Source: Collodictyon triciliatum (lineage: Eukaryota). Taken from it: a stretch of DNA of 35,744 bases. Within the stretch, counting starts at the first letter, position 1; each line of letters begins with the position of its first letter. The DNA is taken from NCBI GenBank assembly GCA_043381765.1, contig JBHJMP010000516.1, positions 1-35,744 of the forward strand, read 5' to 3'. The notes below the pieces were generated by a model. It ran no database searches and was not told where the DNA came from. It was given only the letters and a program-made list of their open reading frames with translations. Below, piece after piece: positions 24,201-35,642 of the stretch. Position numbers and translations under genes: made by a program.

Positions 24201-24851
24201 ATCTGAATGAATAGATAAAAAAAGACGTGGAATTCTTATCCTTCATGGGTGTAACTGACTACAGCTTTTTGGTTGGAATTCCTGATGACGCAGTGTATGT
24301 GCCACAATATCCTAATCAATGAAAATGTTTTGATGCACATAAAATAGCGTCGTCAAAACGTATCCAATATTTCCATTCATCTATATTATAGGCGTGTTGG
24401 CAGCGTAAGGTCTCAATCGAGCCTGTTACCCGACCTTCTTGAGCCCGAACACGCACAAAGTAAGACAACAAACCTCTGAGCAGTAAAGTTCGGAAATTGA
24501 AACGAACTCATAATCATCTCGTATGTGCCTAGGTCGATATCATTTCTTTCAAGGAGGCATAATCGACATTCTCCGCACGCACAACTCAAAGATTAGTATC
24601 CAAAATTATCTACGGACAAGGTAGCCCTTGAAGCAAATTGATTAACCTGCCAAAAGATTTACTAGATTACCTACACACCAAGCAAGTCTCAGAATTTCTT
24701 TTTTTATAGGATATTGCGTCTGAGCCCCAATTCACTTACTTGCGTGAATCCCGAAGCGTATGCCAAGCGCTTTCTTGAATTTATTTTACCTCTGGTGGAA
24801 CTCGTCCAACCACCAACTAGAATAGCTCAAGGGGATGAATCCAGGATGTGA
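17857..24851 (+). CDS. GPCR-PIPK fusion: cAMP-receptor-like 7TM domain plus phosphatidylinositol-phosphate kinase domain (RpkA / oomycete GK architecture); start uncertain, part of TM5-TM6 region lost in gaps
   Basis: TM exons: GGSISFICCIYVSI, LLTHSVWWDFIFSFV, ACVYISPFTQFSLFSSVTYFWLLFIDV, PF..YYHGITLGFG, RCWV, NVPFGFYSFSS, IYYAVLAILII, LSMKATPVAAVW. Linker LNESRRLDIMESCSTCI. PIPK: FKSYAMRAFRHIR, GDTGSFLYFTEDGRYVVKSL, FVVMKNI, RFGLKGV, LKDSD, DVEFL..TDYSFLVGI, GIIDIL, CVNPEAYAKRFLEFI; TGA at 24849-24851. Confidence 0.85.
18201..18262. repeat. (TTTA)n microsatellite, intronic
   Basis: Direct tandem repeat. Confidence 0.9.
19543..19624. repeat. 8-bp tandem repeat (GTGTGATT)n running into a 100-N gap (19625-19724)
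   Basis: Direct tandem repeat. Confidence 0.9.
19959..20891 (+). CDS. Partial NHL-repeat protein (helical segment plus NHL beta-propeller repeats, TRIM-NHL-like); internal exon truncated by gap
   Basis: TATTAG acceptor at 19958 then an open frame. NHL repeats FDHAWGIAAN..VYVADQFNHRIQIL, FNNPISVCVD..VVVDNGNHRLQVF, FRNPLNVAM..MFVTDTRTERVQML. Roughly 60% GC. Confidence 0.85.
20892..21664. other. Assembly gap
   Basis: N run. Confidence 0.99.
22044..22130. repeat. Pyrimidine-rich (T5-6C)n tract, intronic
   Basis: Imperfect tandem repeat. Confidence 0.85.
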
Positions 24852-25355
24852 TACACATCCCCTCGAAACAGACAACACATTCCAATAAATGAATAAAAAA
24901 ACCATCTTAATTATCAACTTTTGGCGTATTAAGTAAGAATCGCCAAATATCGCCAAGATAAGGGTCTATGCCGCATCCAAGTGTGTCAATTTTGGATATA
25001 TTGGGTGGATAATACGAAAAAAAAAATTAGTTCTCGCGAAGATTACCACACAATACTCTAAGAGACACAGAAGGATATCGTCTGAATAGGGGTTCATTCC
25101 ACTGTGTAACCGTATTTCAAATGTAAATCCTTGCGTGACCGACATAAAAACGAATTCTGGACTTGACAGTAGGGACGATAAAAAGAATGAAGAAAATGAA
25201 GATGCGCACCAACATTCACCAACGCACCACCATCCACCAAAAAAAGAGATGAGAAAAGCAGCGAGGATAAAGAAAACAGCAGAAATTCTCGCAAAAAGAG
25301 GAGGGACGAGTGAAGAGAAAAGGTATGAAAAAAACTAGAGTGTCGACCTAGGCCT

Positions 25356-28300
25356 TCAGTAGTGGGCCAAACCAGGGCGGATGGGTCCCGCAGAGCTCGC
25401 ACGATATGATGTGCGCTGTTCACGGCCTGGTGTCGAGAAGGTAACCTCTGATTGGGGCTGATGTCTGCTTGGCTCAGAACGGCGTCCAATAACATCACCT
25501 CTCCTTTTTNNNNNNNNNNNNNNNNNNNNNNNNNNNNNNNNNNNNNNNNNNNNNNNNNNNNNNNNNNNNNNNNNNNNNNNNNNNNNNNNNNNNNNNNNNN
25601 NNNNNNNNNNNNNNNNNNNNNNNNNNNNNNNNNNNNNNNNNNNNNNNNNNNNNNNNNNNNNNNNNNNNNNNNNNNNNNNNNNNNNNNNNNNNNNNNNNNN
25701 NNNNNNNNNNNNNNNNNNNNNNNNNNNNNNNNNNNNNNNNNNNNNNNNNNNNNNNNNNNNNNNNNNNNNNNNNNNNNNNNNNNNNNNNNNNNNNNNNNNN
25801 NNNNNNNNNNNNNNNNNNNNNNNNNNNNNNNNNNNNNNNNNNNNNNNNNNNNNNNNNNNNNNNNNNNNNNNNNNNNNNNNNNNNNNNNNNNNNNNNNNNN
25901 NNNNNNNNNNNNNNNNNNNNNNNNNNNNNNNNNNNNNNNNNNNNNNNNNNNNNNNNNNNNNNNNNNNNNNNNNNNNNNNNNNNNNNNNNNNNNNNNNNNN
26001 NNNNNNNNNNNNNNNNNNNNNNNNNNNNNNNNNNNNNNNNNNNNNNNNNNNNNNNNNNNNNNNNNNNNNNNNNNNNNNNNNNNNNNNNNNNNNNNCTTCC
26101 CTTTTGGGCTCTTTCTTCCTCCTATTTCCAAGTACAAAAAAAAAAAAAAAAAAAAAAATTATCATCCATTAGTTTCGTTCGCACTTCTATGGGTCTGCTT
26201 GGCGCAGTAATATAGCATACTTCGTGAGACTTTTCGTTAGCAGATTTGATGTACGGTTCTGTCACAGCAGTAGCCCGAGCAAAGCGCCATTCTTTTGCAT
26301 ACCGATCAACATATTCCCTTTCGTTTAACTAACAACGGAGTATATTGAAAAATAATGGATTTTACAATTATTCAAGTCCTGGAAAATCCCTTGACTAGAC
26401 ATTCTGATTTTCAAGCTTACATTTCGGTCATAATTTTCAGCAAGCTTTTCCAGCATGTCTTGGTCTTCCATCATTCCCCGCACGATTAATTCTTTCTTAA
26501 CCCGAAACTTCTCTTCGTTTGAAGCCAGCCCTTGGAGTAAGTCGGCGTGTCTCTATATTTATTTAAACAAGAGTATTAAAGAAACAGCCATTGATGAAAT
26601 GTGAAAAAAAGCATGTACAATCAATTGCATTAAGGCTTTATTATTAGAGTACCTTGTCAGCTTCGAGTTGATGAATTCGCCTTGCTCTCTATGAATGGAG
26701 AGATGCACAAAAAGGAGAAGAAAAGAGCAACTCAGTGTCACAATAGAATGACTTATGATTATGAACTTCAGAAGACTCTGGAAGTATTAACAAAAGAATG
26801 AAATAGTCACATTTAGATCGTCTTTGATAGACTCAGCCAACTCTTCTTGTTCATTGCGCTCCGAGCTTCTTTCCGTTGCCCTGCTTTTTACTTTGTAAAC
26901 CATTTCATTTATTCTAGCGGCGTTGTCTTGTCTCTTTTTTATCAAGTTGTTGATATTTTCTAAATCCTCGTCGATCAAGCTGATGTCTCCTGTGGTTGTG
27001 TATTTTGCTGCCTCTTCCTCTTCGTGGTTGTGCTGTCTTCTCATATTATCATATTTCTCCTTGGACTAAAGTAAGTCAAGTACGAAAAGTATGGAATAGT
27101 GAACTATCTCATATATGAAAATAAATATATATGCCATTAGAAATATTACTTAAATACAATCGCCTTATTTGCACAACCCAAAAATGACAAATCAAAATGA
27201 ATTACCATCTCAGTGAGCCTCGAATTCATCAGATTCTTTTGAAGAATAATCCTGCTTCTTTCATTCATTATTTCAGCCATGTGAGCATTTGTGTCTGCAT
27301 AAGAACCCATTACCCAGACATCAGCAGCATCTGAAATAATGTTCAAGTTGGTGGTTCATTGTTTTTGAGAGTATATATCATAGATAATATGTTTGTGCGG
27401 CGATCATGGTATAACTTCAAATTTACTTCTTCATTTATTTACATATAGTGAATAACTACCATCAGGATTCACATAAGTGTAATATTCAGCCGTGCTCCAC
27501 GAAGATTGAGGTCTGCTTTGCTCTATCGACTTTGGAGTCTTAAAGAAAAATGCATAATTATATCCAGTAGCAAGGGTAGGCAATAAATGTACAATTGCCT
27601 TTTGTATCATTTCATCGGAATACAATGACGGGCGGCATAAGAGATATAGGACAGACAAATAAAAAAATACAGATAAGCTTCTAGAGTACGATGTCCCCGG
27701 TCGGGAGCTGATTGTTCCGTGGACCTTTCTTCTAAAGTCATGCTCGATTCTCTCTGATGTAATTGGGTAATATGACTAAGCTTTAGACAACAAAAAGAGA
27801 AAAGGCTGCGTGCCTTTAGTCAGTTCCATTTTTCGAATAGTATGAGTCACTTTGCAAGAAATAAGACAGTTACTGATACTTACGGACTCTTTTTTGGAGC
27901 ATTTCAAGCTCGGCCATTGATATTGACGGAAGAGCGCCCATTTCATCAACAGCCCTCTCGATGGCCTCTTTCAAAGCTGGCTCCATATTCTTTGGTTTGA
28001 AAACATAGTTCGTGAGTTTTTTGGAACATATCTAATACATAATCAATCAACTCCTCCTGTGTGATACATAGCACGGCATATAGTAGCAAATAGAAGAAAA
28101 AAGAAAAAGTGCCGAATGTAAAATTATACCACCTATATAAAAAAAATTACAGAAAAATAGAAAAATAACACCAACAAAAAGGCCCAGTGTATTGGTCTTG
28201 ATAGGGTCGAAGCAAGTAGAAGATTGAAAAAAAAAATGGAGAGAGAGGGAGAGACAGAGAGATGGACTCTGCAGATAACTCACAGGTTTGACAAACTTGA

Positions 28301-28574
28301 CTTTGAGGCGAGCGAGGAGCGACTCCTTCCGCCTCTCATGGCCAAGCAGCTGCTCCAGTCTGCCCCGGCGCATATTCTCTGGAGTCCTCGAGGGCGTTTG
28401 TGGGGTCGATGGGGTTGAGGAACCCAGTTGGCTGCGTGCGTCTTTGCTTGGAGCAAATAGTCCGCTTCCTGCGGTTGAAGGGCGAGACTGATCGGCATTG
28501 CGTGGGTGCGAAACGGTTTGCTTGTGTGCCTGCGCTTCCTCTCTGGCTGGGCCCTCTGCTTCGCGTGCTGACAT
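25356..28574 (-). CDS. Uncharacterised multi-exon protein with disordered Ser/Pro-rich N-terminus and charged coiled-coil-like region; 3' part crosses a gap
   Basis: Exon 1 MSAREAEGPAREE..KFVKP|GTGAGT, then exons ICSKKLTNYVFKPKNMEPALKEAIER.., EIMNERSRIILQKNLMNSRLTEM, DEDLENINNLIKKRQDNAARINEM and EEKFRVKKELIVRGMMEDQDMLEKLAENY. Probable last exon ..RASSAGPIRPGLAHY* at 25356; an alternative frame runs to 25094. Confidence 0.65.
25510..26095. other. Assembly gap
   Basis: N run. Confidence 0.99.
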
Positions 28575-28740
28575 CTCTCAGCGACGTCTCTTGTCCTGGC
28601 CTTTCTACTTCTTCCGTGGCCGGTTGGCAGGTTTCGTCTGTTGTGATGGCGGTATAAAAAGGTTGCTGATTTGGTAAGTGTTTTCTTTCCGGCCATTGAT
28701 GTAACGTTTTGGTAGTTCATGCCATGTAAGATCAATGAAC

Positions 28741-29020
28741 GTTATATTTATTCATTATCAGTTATATATTATAAGAATATTGTTAATAATTAACAAATGA
28801 ATTCATATTAATGATATTGTTGGTATTAATAGCAATTATATTATGTTTTCCGTAATGAGATATATTTCTTTATTGGATATTCGACAGATAGCTCTCTAAC
28901 ATTAATCTTATTCAAATTATATATTATTTATCATAATAATTTTATTATTATATCGTATTATATACCATATATTTTATAATACAATTAATTTTCCAATATA
29001 AGATATTCTTTTTAAAGAAT
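28741..29020. promoter_or_regulatory. AT-rich core of a probable bidirectional promoter
   Basis: Very AT-rich block centred between divergent start codons at 28574 and 29261. Confidence 0.45.
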
Positions 29021-29260
29021 CCGTTATATCCGCAAGCGCACAGAAGCCGGGCACTTTCGCGATCAGACTGATGCCAATTCTTTAGCAGCGGAGGCTTCGA
29101 TGCCAAACCTTCCAAACTACTTATAACACGCGGCGATTCGAAGCGCCCTAAGCGTCAGACTTGAACACTCCTATTCACGTCGACAAAAAGGATTGCACTT
29201 CCAAGAAATAGGTTATAAGAGTTTGACCAGTATTATAGAAGTCCTCTGGGGTCGTGCTTC

Positions 29261-30258
29261 ATGAGCAGCGCCTTCCCTCCTCTCCGCAACGTTTCCTCTC
29301 CGTCTCCACCTGTTCGATCAACTCCAAACACGCCTGTTATCGCCGCTACTTTTCGTCGGAGCACTGGAAATGCGGCTCCGCAACAGATTCGCCTCGGTTC
29401 ACCGCTATCTCTAACCGCAGAAGACAGGTTTTTTTTTTGTATTCACCCAAGAATTGTTAGCAGGTGCCTTATTCTTTCTTTTCTTTTCTTCGCTCGGTAA
29501 GGGTTCTTTTCTATTCTCTCACTATCTTTCCACTTATGAATGAAGTCTTTTTTACTTTTTAATGTTCATTTGTGAATACTCTTTATGTTTTCTCTCTCTG
29601 ATGGATATGTGGTTGAGCACAGCCATCAATTTTTTAAGGTGACTATTTATTGCTACTCGGCAGGATGCTCAACGAAAGTAGAAAGAAGCTTTATCCGGAG
29701 ATTCAATACCGAACCACACACCATGAACCCATGACTGAGCCAATCACACGTCGCATGTTTACGTATCAACCACCAGAAAGAGACCCAGACGAATATCGGC
29801 GGTAACCTATTTGATTGCATTAATGGATATGCCTAATACACCTCTCCAATCCTACAATGGAATCATCATTTGTTGAACGAAACAAGCCGGGGTTTTTTCT
29901 TTTTGCCATCATTATATGATATTTATGTGCTACATTTCTTCTTCTTTTGTGATATTGAAGGGCACTGAAGCTGATTCCACAACCTGCTTTATCACCCGAG
30001 CGAGTTTGTCGCCGAAAGCCAATTGAAATAGGTATATACTTTTGAGCACTATCTAACCATTGCTGATGTCTGATTATGAAATTTAAACTTTATACCTTCT
30101 AGTAGTCACTTCTACATACTAAGATGCTAATTTGTTAATGCCCAGAACCGAAGCCGTCGGCAAAGCCTACTTATGGGCGTCGTATGATGGACAGTAGCGG
30201 CCATTTAATGAGAAAATCCAATGACTCCCAATTTTCGTTTGCAGATATGTTTTCCTAG
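29261..30258 (+). CDS. Small uncharacterised Pro/Arg/Ser-rich protein, 4 exons
   Basis: Phase-consistent GT-AG splicing: MSSAFPPLRNVSSPSPP..TAEDR|MLNESRKKLYPEIQYRTTHHEP..DEYRR|ALKLIPQPALSPERVCRRKPIEI|EPKPSAKPTYGRRMMDSSGHLMRKSNDSQFSFADMFS* (TAG 30256-30258). Confidence 0.7.
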
Positions 30259-30924
30259 TCTCTTCATACCGGATCCCATTTTATGATATACTTTTTACTC
30301 TTTCTGGCATTCTATCCTCCCTTCCTCTCAAATGCTCCTGCGCATTGTTCATTTCCTTTCCCTCGTAATCATATCATCAGAGGACAAGTTTGGTTGTCTG
30401 TCCTTTCTGTTTCCCCCAATTCATTCGTCCCATTTGCTGAGCTCACTTTTTTTTTTTTTAAAAAAAAAAGGTTCGCAAAAAAACTTGGATTTATCGCTGA
30501 ACTTCATTATACACGTTTTCTTCTTTCATTTCATCTAAAAATAAGGTTGGTTTAATGTCATCTGTAAGTGAACATTTTACCAGAAATGCTTTGGTCAAAG
30601 GAAAAGAAAAAAATGAAGAGATGGCAGTAAAGAAACATAGACATGACGTTCCTACGGAGCATAGTGAAATGCGCAAAATAATAGCATCTAAAAGCCGAAA
30701 CAGAAGAAAAATGGCAACAAGCGATTGAGATAGACACAAAAAATGATTTTCATTCTTTTCCAAGCTTTTAATTCAGCCTTTTTTTTTTTTTTCATCTTCT
30801 TCCTGATGGCTTTGATTATCCCAATGTTCTCTTCATCGGAAGCAAACCATTATGGCATTTGCTGGTGCTCGTCAGTGCTTGGGTATTTTCATCAACAAAC
30901 TCTAAAATCTATAACATGTATATT

Positions 30925-33900
30925 TCATTCGTCCACACAATTGATCTTCTGATTCTTTTTCGTATAGTTAGTTCGCCTAGGGGGCATGTATAATAATTTA
31001 GCTCGGAGCGGAAATACAAAGAAGATATTATGAAAAAAAAAAGAAGGTAGAATGCAGAAAAACAGGACGGCTACCTCATTCTCTGATAAATCCAGGGATT
31101 CGATCCATGTCATTCGACACAAAACCGTAGGAATCTCTGTCAGCTGCAGGAGAAATGGTAGCAGATCAAAGTGTGATATGCATGAATATGGAGATTAGAA
31201 AATGTTGCATGGGATAAATCCGGACTGTCCCTTTCGATTTATCAACATACCTTGTTGCGACTGAGGCATAATTTTCGAAGATTTGTGAGTATCGTCATAG
31301 ACTCTGGCAAGTAAGATATCTTTTGGAACGAATATGGGGATTAGAATCCGATTCAAACATCTCCATCTAATTTCTTAGCGAGAAAGGACTAAGAAAATAA
31401 TATATTGCAGAGATGAAAACCTTGTTCTGAGATAAATCGATTGAGGAATAGATCTGTAGGCTTTCCAACATTTCAGAAATATCAGCAATATTTTCATCCA
31501 CCTCGACGAATTCGTATAAATCTAGATTCATCAATTCACCGGCGGTGTTAAAAAAAATTTCTCGATTATTATATCTGAGGGCTTCCTCCAAGGAATCCAA
31601 GGAACTCTCGCTATTTGATTCGTCATCTTCTTCATCATCTTCTTCATCACCAGCCTCCCAGCAGGGCAACATGGAGAATCCCGATGGTGCTCTTCTAATA
31701 AACATTTCTCTATAGTCACCCATTGGCAAAGATTTGAGTTTCTTTAATTCTACAATTCCACTCGGCAAGCATTCGATCTAATCGTAAAAAGAGTGATTTT
31801 AGGTGGTTTTTTTTTTTTTTACTAGCAATAGCCATATATTCGCAATAATCATACCGGATTTCCTTGCAAGTACAGCCCCGTTAGATTCGTTAAAGTTGAA
31901 ATTCCATTTGGGATAGACTTGATTGTATTGCCAGATAGATCTAGTAAGTTCAACAGAACTAGAGACAAGAGCTCGACCGGAAACGAAGAGAAATCATTAC
32001 AGGATATGCTCAAGACACACAGCCTTGTCAAACATGATATCTCTATAGGTAATGCACTAATATTGTTGTAGCCAATATCCAAATATTGAATCCAGTCCAT
32101 TTCACGAATCCAGTTCGGAATTTCCTTTATCTTTATGAAATAGGCATGATTTATTCATAATATCAATAACGTGGTCTTTAAAAAATTTTAAATAAGTAAT
32201 ACCATATTGCGGTTGAAATCAATGACTCTTTTCCCTGGCAGTTTCAGAATATCTTTCGGCAGCTCAACTATGCTCATGTAATTTGAAGAAGCACTGTATT
32301 TTTTGAACGAAAGCGAATTCAACAGCTTCTCAAGGGATGGGTGAAACATGTTGTCTTTCAAGGCCAAGTTAGTAAGCCCGGTTAGCTGGTGCAAGTCAAT
32401 TAAGTTGGAAATCTAAAATTAAGCATTTCTATCTGAGAAGTGTGATTTATTGATTTAAATGGGAAATTTTCTGCATTTAGGTTTCTGGCGAGGAAGTTGA
32501 GAAATAAGGGAATCAAAGAAGCACAAAACTTCAATAAAATATTGAGTGGACTAAACATTGATCAATTTTATCAAAAGAAGAAAGACCTTATTTCTTGACA
32601 AATCTATATTAATAAGTGTCGTCATGTTTGAGATAAAATCAGGAATATCAGAAAACTACAAGATTAAAGTTATGTTCCTGGGGGTACTGTAAATAAATTT
32701 TAACTGTCACAACTTCTTTATAGTGCTATAGAAAACTTTACAGAGAAACAATATGAAAACCATACACTGTTTTGTCGCATACAAAGCTTGGTAAGATTGG
32801 ACAGTAGACTCATAGTTTCAGGAAGTGATGACAACTACAGATTAGCATTTCTATCAATTATACAAGTCGCAAACAATTACGTCGGACTGTAAAAATATCT
32901 AGAACCCCTTCCTTCCCTTGAATCGAATAAAGAGGGAAGAAGACAGCTGTTCTATCAATTTTGAAATTCACTTCATATGAAATGCATGATAAAATTTACC
33001 TTATTGAAAGAAAGATCTAGTGAATTTAAAACGCCCCATCTCGGAATTAAATCAGATATAGTCATGGCCATGTGATTTGCGTATATCCGATCGTATAGAT
33101 CAAGCTTATGCACCTTGTCTTTTACTCCAATATAGAACCGATACCGAGAGGGTAGATTCTCGTAGAACATCATATCACTGATTCCAATAGGTGCCCTTTC
33201 GATAGCGAGTGCCCCTGAGCGCTGAAATTCCAATTGTGTCAAGGAACTCAAACAGGTAATGTCTTGGGGAAGCGATTCAATCTAAATGAACATTTCCTTC
33301 ATTTAAATGCTAGGAATATTAAAATGAAGTAGATGGATTATGAAAAGAAAAGCGAATCATACTTTGGTAATATGAAATACATATGCAAAACAAAACAAAA
33401 TTATATATTAAAAAAATCCTTGATGAAAACAGAACTTCTATTCCAGTTATATCAAGATACTCCAGCCAGGTCATCTTGCACAACACAGACGGAAATTCAG
33501 TCAACTGAGTATACATATGCAATAATTTCAAATCATGTTGGTTATTGTATGCTTACGATGCGAAAACCTAATGAATAATTTAATTGCGTATGTGCGTTTT
33601 TGTTCCTTAAGAAAGCCGAATAAACCTTGTTATGACTTAAGCAAAGTGTTTTCAAGTTTGTAAGCACCGACATGCTATCAGGCAATCTCTCGATCTTGGT
33701 CATGCAATATCGCAGATATAATGAATTTTCTTGTAGTTAATATACACATATTTATTGAGTCATCTGCTTGTTTTCTTTCATCGAAATCAAATAATAGTTT
33801 GTATGTAAGGTTCTCACATGATTGAAAGAAAAATCTATAGACCCACAGTCGATCCATGTATCAATGCGATGGGATATATCATCAAGCTTCTTATTTGAAT

Positions 33901-35058
33901 ACATTTTATCATATAGATGCAATCCCTTCAGATGCTCATGCAGTTGGTTCGAAATAGGCTGGCCATCTTGATCTGTATCTTTTTTTCCCCCCCAACATGG
34001 TAGTGCTACAATTGACATATGAGCTCTCTTGACACAAGTTGAGGAATCTTCTCCAATTTCTAATACACCCAAGTTTTGCAAAAGGCTCATCCCTTCATCC
34101 AGAACTTCAATCTATGGACGAGAAAAAAAATTTTTTTTTTAAAAAAAAGTGTCATAGTCAATGTTAAAACTGAGATATAGAAACCGGCGCAAGATGAACT
34201 AACAGGATTGCCTTCAAGTGCAAGAGATGTTAAGTTTGTCAGGGAGTAAAATTCGCTTGGGAGGAACGATATGTAGTTGTTGTTCATGTTGATCAACTCT
34301 AGCCATGTGAGTTGCCCGAACCATTCTGGGATTAGTTGAATCTACAGAGTGTATGAAATCGTAAATCAAATAGCTAAAAGTTATTCGAACATATTGCGGT
34401 TTCTATCAGGGCTATTAGCAACAAGACGAAGCAAGTACCTGATTAAGGGACATATCGAGGCTACGCTTTCGAGGCAAAAGCAACAAGTCTGTTGGGAGTT
34501 GCGAGAGGTTTGATTCGCTTATGTTGATCGAATTGATATCAAATTCTAGCATATCAAAGAATTTTTGGCTGTCCGGATGAAAATGGTTTGTCCTGAGGTC
34601 AAGGAAGGTGAGCCCATTAAGTCTTTGAAGATCACCTATTGCAGATAACTATACGATGGGCTCTATTTAGTGGAAGGGTAGTATATGTCAACAGAAAATA
34701 AAGAAAATCTCAAGACTTTGGGAGAAAGGGAATAAATATCTCGTTCTGATGACTTCAAACATGGTTTTCAGAGAGGCCTATCGCCCCAATTTTCTCCATC
34801 TTACAAATACAAGAAGGGAATTCGGAAATCTAATATATGAAAATATTAGACTGAAATTTATAAAAAAATATTTGGGCGTTGGCATAAATCGAAGAAAAGA
34901 AGAAAAATTAAAGTTAAAACGGTTTCATTTGTAATAATGAATCAAATAATTGCCTGATTAGAGTTCAAAATTATAGTTTCTAATGCAGCAAGCAGTGTGA
35001 AAGAATCAGGAATTTCAGTGATCTAATGATGATGATGATGATGATGATGATGATAATG

Positions 35059-35090
<32 letters not shown>

Positions 35091-35568
35091 GATAATAATG
35101 ATAATAATGATAATGATAATAATAATAATGATAATGATAATAATAATAATAAGAGGCGATTTATTGAGTTTTGTATGAATATATTAGAAAAGAAAATAAA
35201 GATGAATTCAAGAGTGCAAACCAAAATAAAGTAAAAATTATGGAGAAGTAAAATTCTCTCCAACTCGTCATCAAGACTGAAGCATTGGAAAAAGCAGAAG
35301 CAAAACTCAAGAAAAAAAATGCAAAAAGGATAAGCCCAGCAATAAAGGAGGAAGTCTATTTTACCAAATTGAAGGACAGGTCGATCGACCTGAATCCCTC
35401 CCACACGGGAATCAACTCCAGAATGCTCGTCAGTCGTTCGCTTGTTCGAGAGTGTTGGCACTCAATTGGAGCTCTTTGGGGCAGCTCTCGGACCCGTTTT
35501 CGAGGGATGATGCGCCGCGGCGCCTTCCCAATTGTTGACCTACGTGCGGTGGCCCTTGTTCTCGCCAT
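30925..35568 (-). CDS. Large leucine-rich-repeat protein (about 17 exons) with N-terminal histone H3 tail-like peptide; 3' end uncertain or degenerate
   Basis: Exon 35365-35568 starts MARTRATARRSTIGKAPRR and ends SIDLSFNL. It is followed by phase-0 exons of 23-aa LRRs, e.g. 34954-35022, 34761-34829, 34204-34341, 33626-33694, 33436-33504, 32587-32655, 31855-32130 and 31075-31143. Confidence 0.85.
35025..35151. repeat. Compound (GAT)n/(AATGAT)n/(AAT)n microsatellite in intron 1 of the LRR gene
   Basis: Direct tandem repeats. Confidence 0.9.
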
Positions 35569-35642
35569 CTTCCAAGGACACAAACATAAGCGAACAGTTG
35601 AGAAGAGAAGAATTGGTTGCTCGTCTCTGGATTTAACTGATG

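Noticed and set aside
35365-35568. Histone H3 or CenH3 gene
   Set aside because: Similarity stops after about 26 residues; no histone fold follows and the exon continues into LRR sequence.
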